This document shows positions 1 through 10,439 of a stretch of DNA of 64,000 nucleotides, in pieces (position 1 is the stretch's first letter; the number at the start of each line of letters is the position of its first letter). The notes under the pieces are model-generated. The model did no database searches and was not told the DNA's origin. It saw only the letters and a list, made by a program, of their open reading frames with translations. This stretch comes from Eledone cirrhosa (lineage: Eukaryota): NCBI GenBank assembly GCA_964016885.1, contig OZ024757.1, forward strand, positions 6,944,001 to 7,008,000, read 5' to 3'. Both the position numbers and the translations under genes were made by a program.

Positions 1-652
1 TAATAAACTGAGAGAGAAACTAGGCATAAGAGAGGTCAGATGCAGTGTTGAGGAGAGGAGATTGTGGTGGTTTGGACATGTGATGTATATGGAAGATGAC
101 AGCTGTATAACAAGGTGCAGGGTTGTCAAAGTTGATGTTAACTATGAAAGGGGAAGACCTAGGAAAGCTTGGGATGAAATAATAAAAGCTCACCTTGCCC
201 AATTAAACCTCTCAATGGCAATGTCACAGGATCGAGACCTCTGGCGTCATGCTGTTCCGTAGAAGACCCCTCCCCCTTCCCATGTGCTGAAAATGAAATA
301 AAACAAACATGTAGAGAACACACTAGTCTGCACCAATCTTTTCTTTACCCTTCCCCATTCATAAGACCCTACCCTCACCTGCTAAATATCCCACACACCT
401 AGTTGATATTGCTACAACAATAAAAACACCCAGTACATCCTGTGAGGTGGTCATACAAAAGTGTGTAGTCCACATTGTAACGTGTTTCGTGTTAAGAAGG
501 GCATCCAGCCTTAGAAACCAAACCAAAATACACATCCATATGAGACCTGGTCTCCACACCTGACATGTCTCATAACGTGACAACCTGTTTAACCCATGCA
601 GGTGTGATAAAAATGAACGTTAAATGATAATGTTGAAGATGATGATGATGAT
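1..652 (+). mobile_element. 3' end of RTE-clade LINE (ORF C-terminus, 3'UTR, (GAT)n tail)
   Basis: ORF 62..262 WFGHV...GRPRKAW...DRDLWR matches the C-terminus of the RTE ORFs at 7870-9516 and 21027-21605; shared 3'UTR motif GAAGGGCATCCAGC; ends in GATGATGAT. Confidence 0.85.
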
Positions 653-777
653 ATATATAAACAAACGTAGCGTTGTAAAGTACCAAGGGAGACAACTCCA
701 ACTTTGCTCAATTTAAATCCCATGTTAGTATGATTGAGCAGACCTATAATTAAAGTTGTTCCAGCCGTGACTATCCT

Positions 778-780
<3 letters not shown>

Positions 781-820
<40 letters not shown>
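781..820. repeat. (TA)n microsatellite
   Basis: direct reading. Confidence 0.95.
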
Positions 821-1054
821 CATGTGGGGGTTTGTGACTAAACTGCAGAATATGGTCTTTCTTGTTGTAAGACAGTAGAGAGTGATATTTGGCTGCTATT
901 TCTACCAGGTCAAGTAACCAGGTAGGAGACTCCCTCGTTGATACGTAATAAATATTTCACTGAGTGATGCTGCTTGTTTTACCAGGGGTTGGATACAATT
1001 GATGGAGTGAATTGATATAACTGAAGGTCTGGCTGAAGGTATTTAATTAGGTCA

Positions 1055-1450
1055 GGGACTTTTAACGTATGACACCGGTGTTATTTATGATCAGGTAAAC
1101 ATTACCAACGACACCACGTACCTGCTATCTTAATTATAGCTTTAATTAATCTAATTATATCTTGTATAGCAATTATCTCATGTTAAGGTGAAAGTTAATA
1201 TTCTGTAGATAACATAGAGTGAGCTACATGTTCCAGGGTAGGTGTTCCATCTCCTACATGATTAAATATTTCATTTCATGAGAAACTACGCTACATCGTG
1301 AATTTGTTGTTCCACATTTTACAGGACAGTGAGAAATAGGTTTAAATCACCAACATCTGAACAATTAGCTTTCCTGGTCTTTCCTGACTTTACTCTTGGA
1401 CTTGAAATATAAAGTACGTATTATTTGTATTGTTAACACAGCGGATATCG
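1055..1450 (+). promoter_or_regulatory. Conserved upstream block of ZNF gene 1 with putative 89-nt non-coding exon (1325-1413)
   Basis: GGGACTTTTAACGTATGACACCGGTG motif, then TTTTACAG|GACAG acceptor and AAA|GTACGT donor; homologous to 15196-15560 upstream of ZNF gene 2. Confidence 0.6.
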
Positions 1451-1608
1451 TGTACTTTTCTACACTCCGTAATAAACAATTGTTAGGACTGCTTGCATAT
1501 ACATTGATACACACCCGATCATATATAAGTACATAGAGGGCCATTTCTTACCCAAAATTACTCGTACATTCTCATATCTCGAGTTTTTAGAGTTCTTCAA
1601 TAATTACT

Positions 1609-3342
1609 ATGGAGGACGTTAAACCCTTGGACATTTCTACCACACCTATTTCTACCAATATAGATAGAGTTATACAGAGATACAGTGGGGAGAAACCTTT
1701 ACCTAGTGAAACATGTACTGAACATGGATCATTATACAAAAATATTCTTGAATATGGCTATGAGATTTGTAGGAAAACTTTCTCAACAGAAGATGATTTA
1801 TCTACACACAAACACAAACACTTCCACTGTGAGACATGTGGGAAATCTTTTGTCTGTAACCGTGATTTATGTAGACACAAAAGAACACACACTGGAGAGG
1901 AACCTTTCAAATGTGAAATATGTGGGACATCTTTCACTCGGAAATTCCATCTTGTTAGACACATACGTAGCCACACTGGGGAAAAACCCTATCATTGTGA
2001 AATATGTGGGAAATCTTTCACTCATAAATGCAATCTTCTTAGCCACATCCGTAGCCACACTGGGGAAAAACCCTATCATTGTGAAATATGTGGGAAATCT
2101 TTCACACAGAAATCCTATATTGTTATCCACATACGTAGCCACACTGGCGAAAAACCCTATCATTGTGAAATATGTGGGAAATCTTTCACTCAGAAATCCC
2201 AGCTTGTTAAGCACATACGTAGCCACACTGGGGAAAAATCCTATCATTGTGAAATATGTGGGAAATCTTTCACTCAGAAATCCGATCTTGTTAGCCACAT
2301 GCGTAGTCACACTGGGGAAAAACCCTATCATTGTGAAATATGTGGGAAATCTTTTGTGTGTAACAGCAATTTATCTAATCACATAAGAACACACAGAGGA
2401 GAGAAACTGTTCCATTGTGAAATATGTGGGAAATGTTTTGTTACAAGCAATCATTTAACTAGACACAAAAGAACACATACAGGAGAGAAACCCTTTCATT
2501 GTGAAATATGTGGCAAATGTTTTGTTACTAGCAATCATTTAACTAGACACAAAAGAACTCACACTGGAGAGAAACCTTTTCATTGTGAAATATGTGGGAA
2601 ATCTTTTCCTGAGAGTTGGATACTTAATAATCATATACGTAGTCACACTAGGGAAAATCCCCTCCAGTGTGAAACATGTGGGAAATCTTTTCTTTCAAAC
2701 AACGACTTATGTAGTCACAAAAGAACACACACTGGAGAGAAACCCTTCAAATGTGAAATATGTGGGCAATCTTTTGGCCAGAACTCTACTTTGACTGAAC
2801 ACAAAAGAACACACACAGGAGAAAAACCATTCCGTTGTGAAATATGTGGGAAATGTTTTGTTAGAAGCAGTCATTTAACTACACATAAACGAACACACAC
2901 TGGAGAGAAACCCTTTCATTGTGAAATATGTGGGAAATCATTTCTTACAAAGAGTAGCTTAACTATACACACACGAACACACACTGGAGAGAAACCCTTT
3001 CATTGTGAAATATGTGGGAAATCATTTCTTATAAAGAGTAGCTTAACTATACACACACGAATACACACTGGAGAGAAACCTTATCACTGTGATGTATGTG
3101 GGAAAACATTTGTCTACAGCAGTGACTTAACTACACACAAATACAAACACACTGGAGAGGAACCCTTCAAATGTGATATATGTGGGAAATATTTTGGTCG
3201 TAGCTATACTCTGTCGCGACACAAAAGAATACACACTGGAGAAAAACCCTATCATTGTGAAATATGTGGGAAATCATTTCTTGAAAACAGTAGCTTAACT
3301 GTACACATAAAAACACACTGGAAAGAAACCCTATCACTGTGA
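1609..3342 (+). CDS. Tandem C2H2 (Kruppel-type) zinc-finger protein, 577 aa, 18 intact fingers plus a degenerate first finger
   Basis: Repeated CxxC-x12-HxxxH units with TGEKP linkers; plausible acceptor TTTTTAG at ~1590; ORF ends via a frameshift in the last linker. Confidence 0.9.
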   Translation: MEDVKPLDISTTPISTNIDRVIQRYSGEKPLPSETCTEHGSLYKNILEYGYEICRKTFSTEDDLSTHKHKHFHCETCGKSFVCNRDLCRHKRTHTGEEPFKCEICGTSFTRKFHLVRHIRSHTGEKPYHCEICGKSFTHKCNLLSHIRSHTGEKPYHCEICGKSFTQKSYIVIHIRSHTGEKPYHCEICGKSFTQKSQLVKHIRSHTGEKSYHCEICGKSFTQKSDLVSHMRSHTGEKPYHCEICGKSFVCNSNLSNHIRTHRGEKLFHCEICGKCFVTSNHLTRHKRTHTGEKPFHCEICGKCFVTSNHLTRHKRTHTGEKPFHCEICGKSFPESWILNNHIRSHTRENPLQCETCGKSFLSNNDLCSHKRTHTGEKPFKCEICGQSFGQNSTLTEHKRTHTGEKPFRCEICGKCFVRSSHLTTHKRTHTGEKPFHCEICGKSFLTKSSLTIHTRTHTGEKPFHCEICGKSFLIKSSLTIHTRIHTGEKPYHCDVCGKTFVYSSDLTTHKYKHTGEEPFKCDICGKYFGRSYTLSRHKRIHTGEKPYHCEICGKSFLENSSLTVHIKTHWKETLSL

Positions 3343-4935
3343 TGTATGTGGGAAAACATTTGTCTACAGCAGTGACTTAACTGCACACAAATACAGACAC
3401 ACTGGAGAGAAACCCTTCCATTGTGATATATGTAGGAAATATTTTCTCCATGGCTGTAATTTGACTGCACACATAAGAACACACACTGGAGAGAAACCCT
3501 TCCATTGTGATATATCTGGGAAATATGTTCTCCATGGCTGTAATTTGACTGCACACATAAGAACATACATAGGAGAGAAACTCTTCAAATGTGAAATATG
3601 TGGGAAATATTTTGGCCGTAGCTCTACTCTGTCACTACACAAAAGAACACACACTGGAAAGAAACCCTTCCATTGTGAAATATGTGGGAAATGTTTTGTT
3701 AGAAGGAATCATTTAACTAGACACAAAAGAACACATACAGGAGAGAAATCATTTTTTCTGAGAGTTGGATACTTAATAATCATATAAGTATTCACACTGG
3801 GGAATAACCGTTCCACAATGAAACATGTACTGAACAAGAATTATTAGATAGAAATATTCCTGAATATAGCTGTGAGTTTTGTAGAAAAACATTCTCATCA
3901 GAAGATGAATTATCTACACATAAACATATTAAAGACAAACCCTATCACTTTGAAATATGTGGGAAATCTTTCACTCAGAATTACAGCCACATCTGCTGTC
4001 ACACTGGGGAAAAAGCCGTATCATTGTGATAAATCTTTTATTAAAACCAGTGATTTAACAGTACATAAAAGGAGACACTGGAGAAAAACCTTTCCATTGT
4101 GAAATATCTAGGAAATGTTTTGGCTGTAGCTGAAACAATAATTATTAGATAGAAATATTCCTGAATATAGCTGTCAGTTTTGTATGAAAACATTCTCTTC
4201 AGAAGATGAAGTATCTACACACAAACACATACATATTAAAGACAAAACCTATCACTGTGAAATATGTGGGAAATCTTTCACACAGAATTACAGCCAACAA
4301 AAACAACACATACTGAAGACAACAAAAACAACACACACTGCAGAAAAATCATATCACTGTTAAAAATGTGGGAAATGTTATGTCGAAATCAGTGTTTTTG
4401 AAAGAACACACTGGAGAAAAACGATATCATTTAGAAATATGGGGTTTAAATTTGTTACAAATGGTCATTTACACAAAAGAACACGTACTAGAGAAATACC
4501 TTATTATTTTTAAATATATTGGAAAGGTTTTGTTATAAATGGTTACAGAGTCACAAAAGAACACTTTGGAGAAAAACCTATCATTGTGAAAAATGTGAGA
4601 AATCTTTTACTGATAGTTTGGTACTTAATAAACATATATGTCTTCAGACTGGAGGAAAGAAACTTCCAGTGTGAAACATGTTGGACATCTTTTATTGAGA
4701 CTGGAGGAAAGAAACTTCCAGTGTGAAACATGTTGGACATCTTTTATTGAGACTGGAGGAAAGAAACTTCCGGTGTGAAACATGTTGGACATCTTTTATT
4801 CAGAATTCTACTCATGTTGGCCACATAGTTAGACTGCAGAAAAAGGACCTTCCCCAGTGAAACATGTGGGAAATATTTTGACTAACAGTAACTTAGACAG
4901 AAACACACACTAGTGATAAAACTATTTAACTGTGA
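3320..4935 (+). pseudogene. Out-of-frame and decayed continuation of the zinc-finger array
   Basis: About 5 more fingers in another frame (to 3787), then increasingly degenerate TGTGAAATATGTGGGAAA / CACACTGGAGA units with stops and indels. Confidence 0.85.
4647..4800 (+). repeat. 3 x 52-bp tandem repeat derived from half a zinc-finger unit
   Basis: GACTGGAGGAAAGAAACTTCCAGTGTGAAACATGTTGGACATCTTTTATT starts at 4647, 4699 and 4751. Confidence 0.9.
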
Positions 4936-5138
4936 ACCCTGAGATACCCTTCCTTTTCCCAGTCTAAACTTATTGTCCACCAACATCAAAAATGTAACCA
5001 TAACACTTCTACAGATTCCATTTCTTAAATATGTTTTTAACTGGAAACAAAATTCTTTGCATGTCTAATTGTTGTCTTCCTAAATTCATTTTTAATGATA
5101 TAAATGTAAAATTTCTTTTTTTTCGGTAATACCTAAAA

Positions 5139-5580
5139 TTCCCTGTTGTATTGCATTAGTGAGAGACTCTCTATCACCTGAGGTAATGCTGTGTCTCAGA
5201 AATACTAGAGGTCAACACCAACATTCCCTGTTTTATTGCATTAGTGAGAGACTCTCTATCACCTGAGGTAATACTGTGTCTCAGAAATACTAGAGGTCAA
5301 CACCAACATTCCCTGTTGTATTGCATTAGTGAGAGACTCTCTATCATCTGAGGTAATGCTATGTCTCAGAAATACTAGAGGTCAGCACCAACATTCCCTG
5401 TTGTATTGCATTAGTGAGAGACCCTCTATCACCTGAGATAATGCTGTGTCTCAGAAATACTAGAGGTCAACACCAACATTCCCTGTTGTATTGCATTAGT
5501 GGAGGACCCTCTATCACCTGAGGTAATGCTGTGTCTTGTCTGTGATATGTTAGAGGTCAACACTAACATTCCCTCTTGTG
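5139..5580. repeat. ~5 x 85-bp minisatellite
   Basis: CCCTGTT(G/T)TATTGCATTAGTG recurs at 5141, 5226, 5311, 5396, 5481. Confidence 0.92.
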
Positions 5581-6254
5581 GTGTGTAATTGATGCAGTGT
5601 ATATGTATTTTCCTGGTTTTATTCTTCTTTCTTTTTTGAGTAAATTATTTTCATAATATATAATAAAGCCAGAATCAGTTCCCGTCCCACCCTTGCAAGC
5701 AGCGTAAAGTGGGCATAAAATGATGATGATGATGATGATAATGATAATGATAAATGAATTATATTTATCTCCTGAAATTCAATCTATTTTTGTTAAGTAA
5801 AGAGTTACATTTGAGGAATTTGTCCAGTCTGTGATTCCATATTTTTGTTATTTTCCCATCTAAATATCTGTTATGAACACCATATGTAATGATATCTTGA
5901 AAGTAGTTAAAAGAAATCAAACACAAACACTTCATTGGTATTTGAAATGTTTAAAATTCTATTGGACGTTGTTGTTTTTAAAACTTGTGAGGCCACAGAG
6001 GTTTTAATGGCTACTTCAACACATCTCCCTCACTATCTTCCAGGTTAACCCTTTCTCCATTCTGTCCTTAGCCAGGAGCATGAGGCAACTGGTACCTGGG
6101 TTTCTGCAGGCCAGAGAGAATTTTGAGACACTGTCTTGGCTGGTATCATTGGGGTAGTGATAGTATAGGTTACTGAGTGTTGTTAGACACAGTCAATAAT
6201 GGTATTTGATGTAAGCCCAATAATATTGAGCGTGGGGAAAGTTAAATCAACCTC

Positions 6255-6680
6255 AGTGCATTACTGGTACTTTATTTTATCAACCCCGTATGGATGAAAG
6301 GCAAAGCTACCCTCCACATAATTTGAACTCAGAATGTAACAGGACATAACTATATGATGCAAAGCTTGTTGTCTGGTGCTCTACCGATTACTGCCAATTT
6401 ACTGCACTAGCCACACTAAATAAAAGTGTTTCGAGAAATATGAAGCAACAAACTTGTTAAATCTCTATTGATTTGTAAATTAGACTGAAGACCAGCAATT
6501 TTGGGGGAAGGGTAAAGTTTATTAAATCAACGGTAGTACATATAATATATTTTATCTAGCCTAGAAGAATAAAATATAAAATTTACCTCACTGGGATTTG
6601 AACTCAGAATGTTAAAAACCAGGACAAATACTACAATGGTAGGTTATCTGACACTCTACCAATTCTGTCATTCTACCATC
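6255..6680 (-). mobile_element. Two degenerate tRNA-derived SINE copies (~6255-6410 and ~6490-6680)
   Basis: ACTGGTACTTTATTTTATC...GGATGAAAGGCAAAG...ATTTGAACTCAGAA (reverse B-box) shared with the intact copies. Confidence 0.7.
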
Positions 6681-7180
6681 TTTGTTTAAATCTATATTAA
6701 AGTAAATGTAGAATATATTTGTCCTTCTACCATTTGAAATTCTACTGAAATCATCTCAGAACAACACAGTAGTGTTTCAATAGAGCTGTTATTTATTAAA
6801 TCATTTATTTAAACCGTCCGTATCTGGCCAGAATTCTTTGACATTTTCTGTTCTAACTGGCCCTAACAAGCCGCTCATGCTGATGTTAAGGTATTGTTCC
6901 CAAAATAAATAATGTCAAAATCTCATAGATACAATATTTTGTGAGATAATTATGTTTTCTGCGAAAATATAATAGTAAATATAGAGTAACGTTAATGATA
7001 AAGGCTTAACTAATCCTAGAAGAAAAGCAGACGTTACTGGATATTAATTCAGTGATTAGTGCTAAGGGAGACAACACCGTCTGGCTTAAATTAAGTCCCA
7101 GGTTGGTATGGTCAGGTAAACTTATAATTAAAGGTTTTCCTGTCGTGACAATAAACTATAATGGCATATGTATGTGTGTA

Positions 7181-7186
<6 letters not shown>

Positions 7187-7262
<76 letters not shown>

Positions 7263-7291
7263 TATATATATATATATATATATATATATAA

Positions 7292-7328
<37 letters not shown>

Positions 7329-7390
7329 TATATATATATATATATATATAAGTATATATATATATATAAGTATATATATATATATATATT
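7187..7390. repeat. (TA)n microsatellite with periodic AG interruptions
   Basis: direct reading. Confidence 0.95.
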
Positions 7391-7480
7391 TAAAGGTTAA
7401 ACAAGGTTCAATGAATAAATCAAAGAATGAGTTTTACAATAGATTGGAAACACTCAACAAAAATGGTTTTCCAGAGTTAT

Positions 7481-9541
7481 ATCATCATCATCATCATCAA
7501 CGTTTAACGTCCGTGTTCCACGTTTGCATGGGTTTGGACGGGGGTATTCCCACTTGAGGCAAGAGTGATTGTCTTGCTCGCATAGGACTGTCTGGCAGGT
7601 TTTCTACAGTTGGATGCCCTTCCTAACACCAACCACATTTACAGTGTGGGACTGGGAGGTTTTTACCGTGTTGCCTACACGGCCACATTACAGCGTGGAC
7701 TGTGTTTTTTTGTCGTGACACCTACACGATCTCATTTGTTTCGGCCTGGATGGTGTGGCACCAACATAACTTTACATAGGAGGGGGTGGTGTGGATGGGG
7801 TGTGGGTGGTGGGACGGGGGTGTATTTTGTTAGAGATGCCTACTGGCTGTAGTAGGTTTTACTATGTATTTAGGTAAGGCGTGTCTTCTCTATTACTGAG
7901 TACCGCCAAAGGTCTCGGCCCAGTGACATTGTCTTGGAGAGGTGTAAGTGTGTGAGGTCGGAATTTATCAGCTCGTCCCAGGATTTTCTAGGTCTGCCTA
8001 TTCCGTGGCTACCGTCTATCTTTATTGCCCTGCACTTTGTTATACAGCTATCGACTTTCATGCGCATCACGTGACCATACCAACGTAGCCTTCTCTCGAG
8101 TAAACAACATCTGATCCCTCTTATTTCTAATTTTTTCCTTAGTTCGTTTATGTTTTGCCGTTCACGTATATTACTATTACACATCCAGCGGAGCATGCAA
8201 ACTTCGTTCCTCTCTAGTCTGCATATATCCTCTGCACACAATGCCCAGGTCTCACTGCCATGCAACATTGCTGTTCGTATGCAGGCATCATACAACCTGC
8301 CTTTCATTTTTAGGGAGAACCCTTTAGCGGCTAATAGTGGTATAAGCTCTCTGAACTTTTTCCATCCAGTTCTGACTCTAGCTACTGTACTTTCAGAGCA
8401 CCCTCCCCCACTGCTGATTTTGTCACCCAGGTAACGGAAGCTGTCCACTATTTCTATAGAGCCCTCTGCGCAGTTGTAAGAGCTAGTATTTTGTGGGCAC
8501 TTGCTGCTACTTATTGCACCAGAGCACCGCCCACATGTAAAATCTATGTTCTTAGTTAGCTTACCTGTGATCCCACTACATCTTTTATGCACCCATACTT
8601 TGCATTTGGGACATAAAATGGAGTTTCTACCTACGCCTTTCCTACACACTGAGCATGGCCATTTCCCAGAAGGGACCGCCGCCTTATTTTCTTTCCTACA
8701 AACTAGAACTTTAGTCTTAGCCAGGTTAATTTTAAGGCCTTTTGATTCTAGGCTGTGCTTCCATGTTTGGAATTTCTTCTCTAGCTCGGCCATTGATTCA
8801 GCTATGAGTGTCAGGTCGTCTGCGTATAGGAGTTCCCATGGGCAGCCGGTCTTGAACTCCTCTGTTATAGCCTGAAGGGCAATAATAAATAGTAGGGGGC
8901 TGAGAACAGAGCCCTGATGGACGCCAACTTTTACGCTAAACTCTTCACTATATTCGTTGTTAATTCTAACCTTGCTGACTGTTTCTTTATACATGGCTTG
9001 TATAGCTCTCACAAGCCATTCGTCGACACCTAGTTTTCTAAGGGCCCACCAGATAATGGAACGAGGGACTCTGTCGAAGGCTTTCTCCAAGTCGACAAAA
9101 GCTAAGTAGAGGGGTTTTCCTTTAGCTAGGTACTTCTCCTGTAGTTGTCGTACTATGAAAAGAGCGTCTGTGGTACTTTTGCCTGACACAAACCCGAACT
9201 GCATTTCATCTAGGTCAATTCTCTCTCTGATTAGTTGCGCTATTACTTTTTCCGTGACCTTCATGACCTGGTCGATTAATTTAATGCCTCTATAGTTACT
9301 CCTATCTAGGGCATCTCCTTTACCCTTATAACAGTTAAGGATGATGCTGCTATGCCAGTCCTTCGGAACAACCCCATTCTGTACGACTTGGTTAACTATC
9401 CGGGTGACCATGCCAGATGCCTTCAGCATCTCAGCAACTATTTCCGAAGGCCCAGCCGCCTTACCCGTCTTCATATCCTTGATTGCCTTACTTATTATAC
9501 TCCCCTCGACTAACACTGCTGGTCCCTCTATTGGGTCGATA
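7481..9541 (-). mobile_element. 5'-truncated RTE-clade LINE
   Basis: RT ORF, 3'UTR and (GAT)n tail (ATCATCATC at 7481-7498 on +); near-identical to the copy at 19626-21982. Confidence 0.93.
7870..9516 (-). CDS. RTE reverse transcriptase, 548-aa open remainder, with inserted PHD-type finger
   Basis: NYRGI, QFGF, FVDLEKAFD, GVHQGSVLSP, YADD, FRYLG, WYGHV, GRPRKSW motifs. Confidence 0.9.
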   Translation of the reverse strand: MLVEGSIISKAIKDMKTGKAAGPSEIVAEMLKASGMVTRIVNQVVQNGVVPKDWHSSIILNCYKGKGDALDRSNYRGIKLIDQVMKVTEKVIAQLIRERIDLDEMQFGFVSGKSTTDALFIVRQLQEKYLAKGKPLYLAFVDLEKAFDRVPRSIIWWALRKLGVDEWLVRAIQAMYKETVSKVRINNEYSEEFSVKVGVHQGSVLSPLLFIIALQAITEEFKTGCPWELLYADDLTLIAESMAELEKKFQTWKHSLESKGLKINLAKTKVLVCRKENKAAVPSGKWPCSVCRKGVGRNSILCPKCKVWVHKRCSGITGKLTKNIDFTCGRCSGAISSSKCPQNTSSYNCAEGSIEIVDSFRYLGDKISSGGGCSESTVARVRTGWKKFRELIPLLAAKGFSLKMKGRLYDACIRTAMLHGSETWALCAEDICRLERNEVCMLRWMCNSNIRERQNINELRKKLEIRGIRCCLLERRLRWYGHVMRMKVDSCITKCRAIKIDGSHGIGRPRKSWDELINSDLTHLHLSKTMSLGRDLWRYSVIEKTRLT

Positions 9542-9542
9542 C

Positions 9543-9714
9543 ATAATTGTTTCTACTTTTGGCACACGGCCAGCTATTACCCCAGTGTATTACTGGTACT
9601 TTATTTTATCGACCCCGTAAGGATGAAAGGCGGGATTTGAACTCATAATGGAAAGGGCCGTAACTCTATGCATCAAAGCATGGCGTCCGACCATCTACCG
9701 ATACTGCCAATCCA
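9543..9714 (-). mobile_element. tRNA-derived SINE with short internal deletion
   Basis: Reverse complement of the SINE at 9755-9945. Confidence 0.85.
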
Positions 9715-9754
9715 TATTTGATGTGTTTTGATTCATTATTTGAGTATATAATAG

Positions 9755-9945
9755 GGCGGTGGATTGGCAGTATCGGTAGAAGGTCGGACGCCATACTTTG
9801 ACGCATAGAGTTACGGCCCTTTCCAATCTGCATTCAAATCCTGCCGAGGTTAACTTTGCCTTTCATCCTTATGGGGTCGATAAAATAAAGTACCAGTAAT
9901 GTACTGGGTAATTGCTGGCTTTGTGCCTAACGTAGAAACAATTAT
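9755..9945 (+). mobile_element. tRNA-derived SINE with 15-bp TSD
   Basis: A-box-like TGGCAGTATCGG, B-box-like TTCAAATCC, core TTTGCCTTTCATCC...GGGGTCGATAAAATAAAGTACCAG; ATTATTTGAGTATAT at 9735-9749 and 9941-9955. Confidence 0.88.
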
Positions 9946-10020
9946 TTGAGTATATGACACATCAAATATGTTTAGAATTGTGTGTTTCTCAATAAGGAAG
10001 CTCAATAGACTTTATCTAGA

Positions 10021-10094
10021 GCCATAACAACCATACACAAAGATATATATATATAGAGAGAGAAAGAGAGAGACATAAAAAACCATACACAAAG

Positions 10095-10127
<33 letters not shown>

Positions 10128-10200
10128 AAGAGAGAGAGACATAACAACCAAACACAAAGATATATATATATATAGAGAGAGAGAAAGAGCCATATATCAT
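10021..10200. repeat. 3 copies of a compound unit CATAACAACCATACACAAAGA-(TA)n-(GA)n
   Basis: direct reading. Confidence 0.8.
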
Positions 10201-10439
10201 ACGATATTTGGCTCTTTCTCTCTCTCCATATATAACCAAGTGAAAAGATATATATATATATCTTTCCACTTGGTTATATATATATTATAAGAACAGATTA
10301 AAGTTTAAGCAAAGAATCACTGCTTTCACCTCTGGAGAGGTTTGGGGAGTATGTGTGTGTTTTTGTAGGATGTTAGTCATGGTAAGTTTTAACTGAGAGT
10401 TTATTCTCGAGATCCTACAAAAACACACACATACTCACC

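Noticed and set aside
1685-2794. Alternative-frame and antisense ORFs over the ZNF arrays
   Set aside because: Expected shadows of 84-bp repeats; no independent evidence
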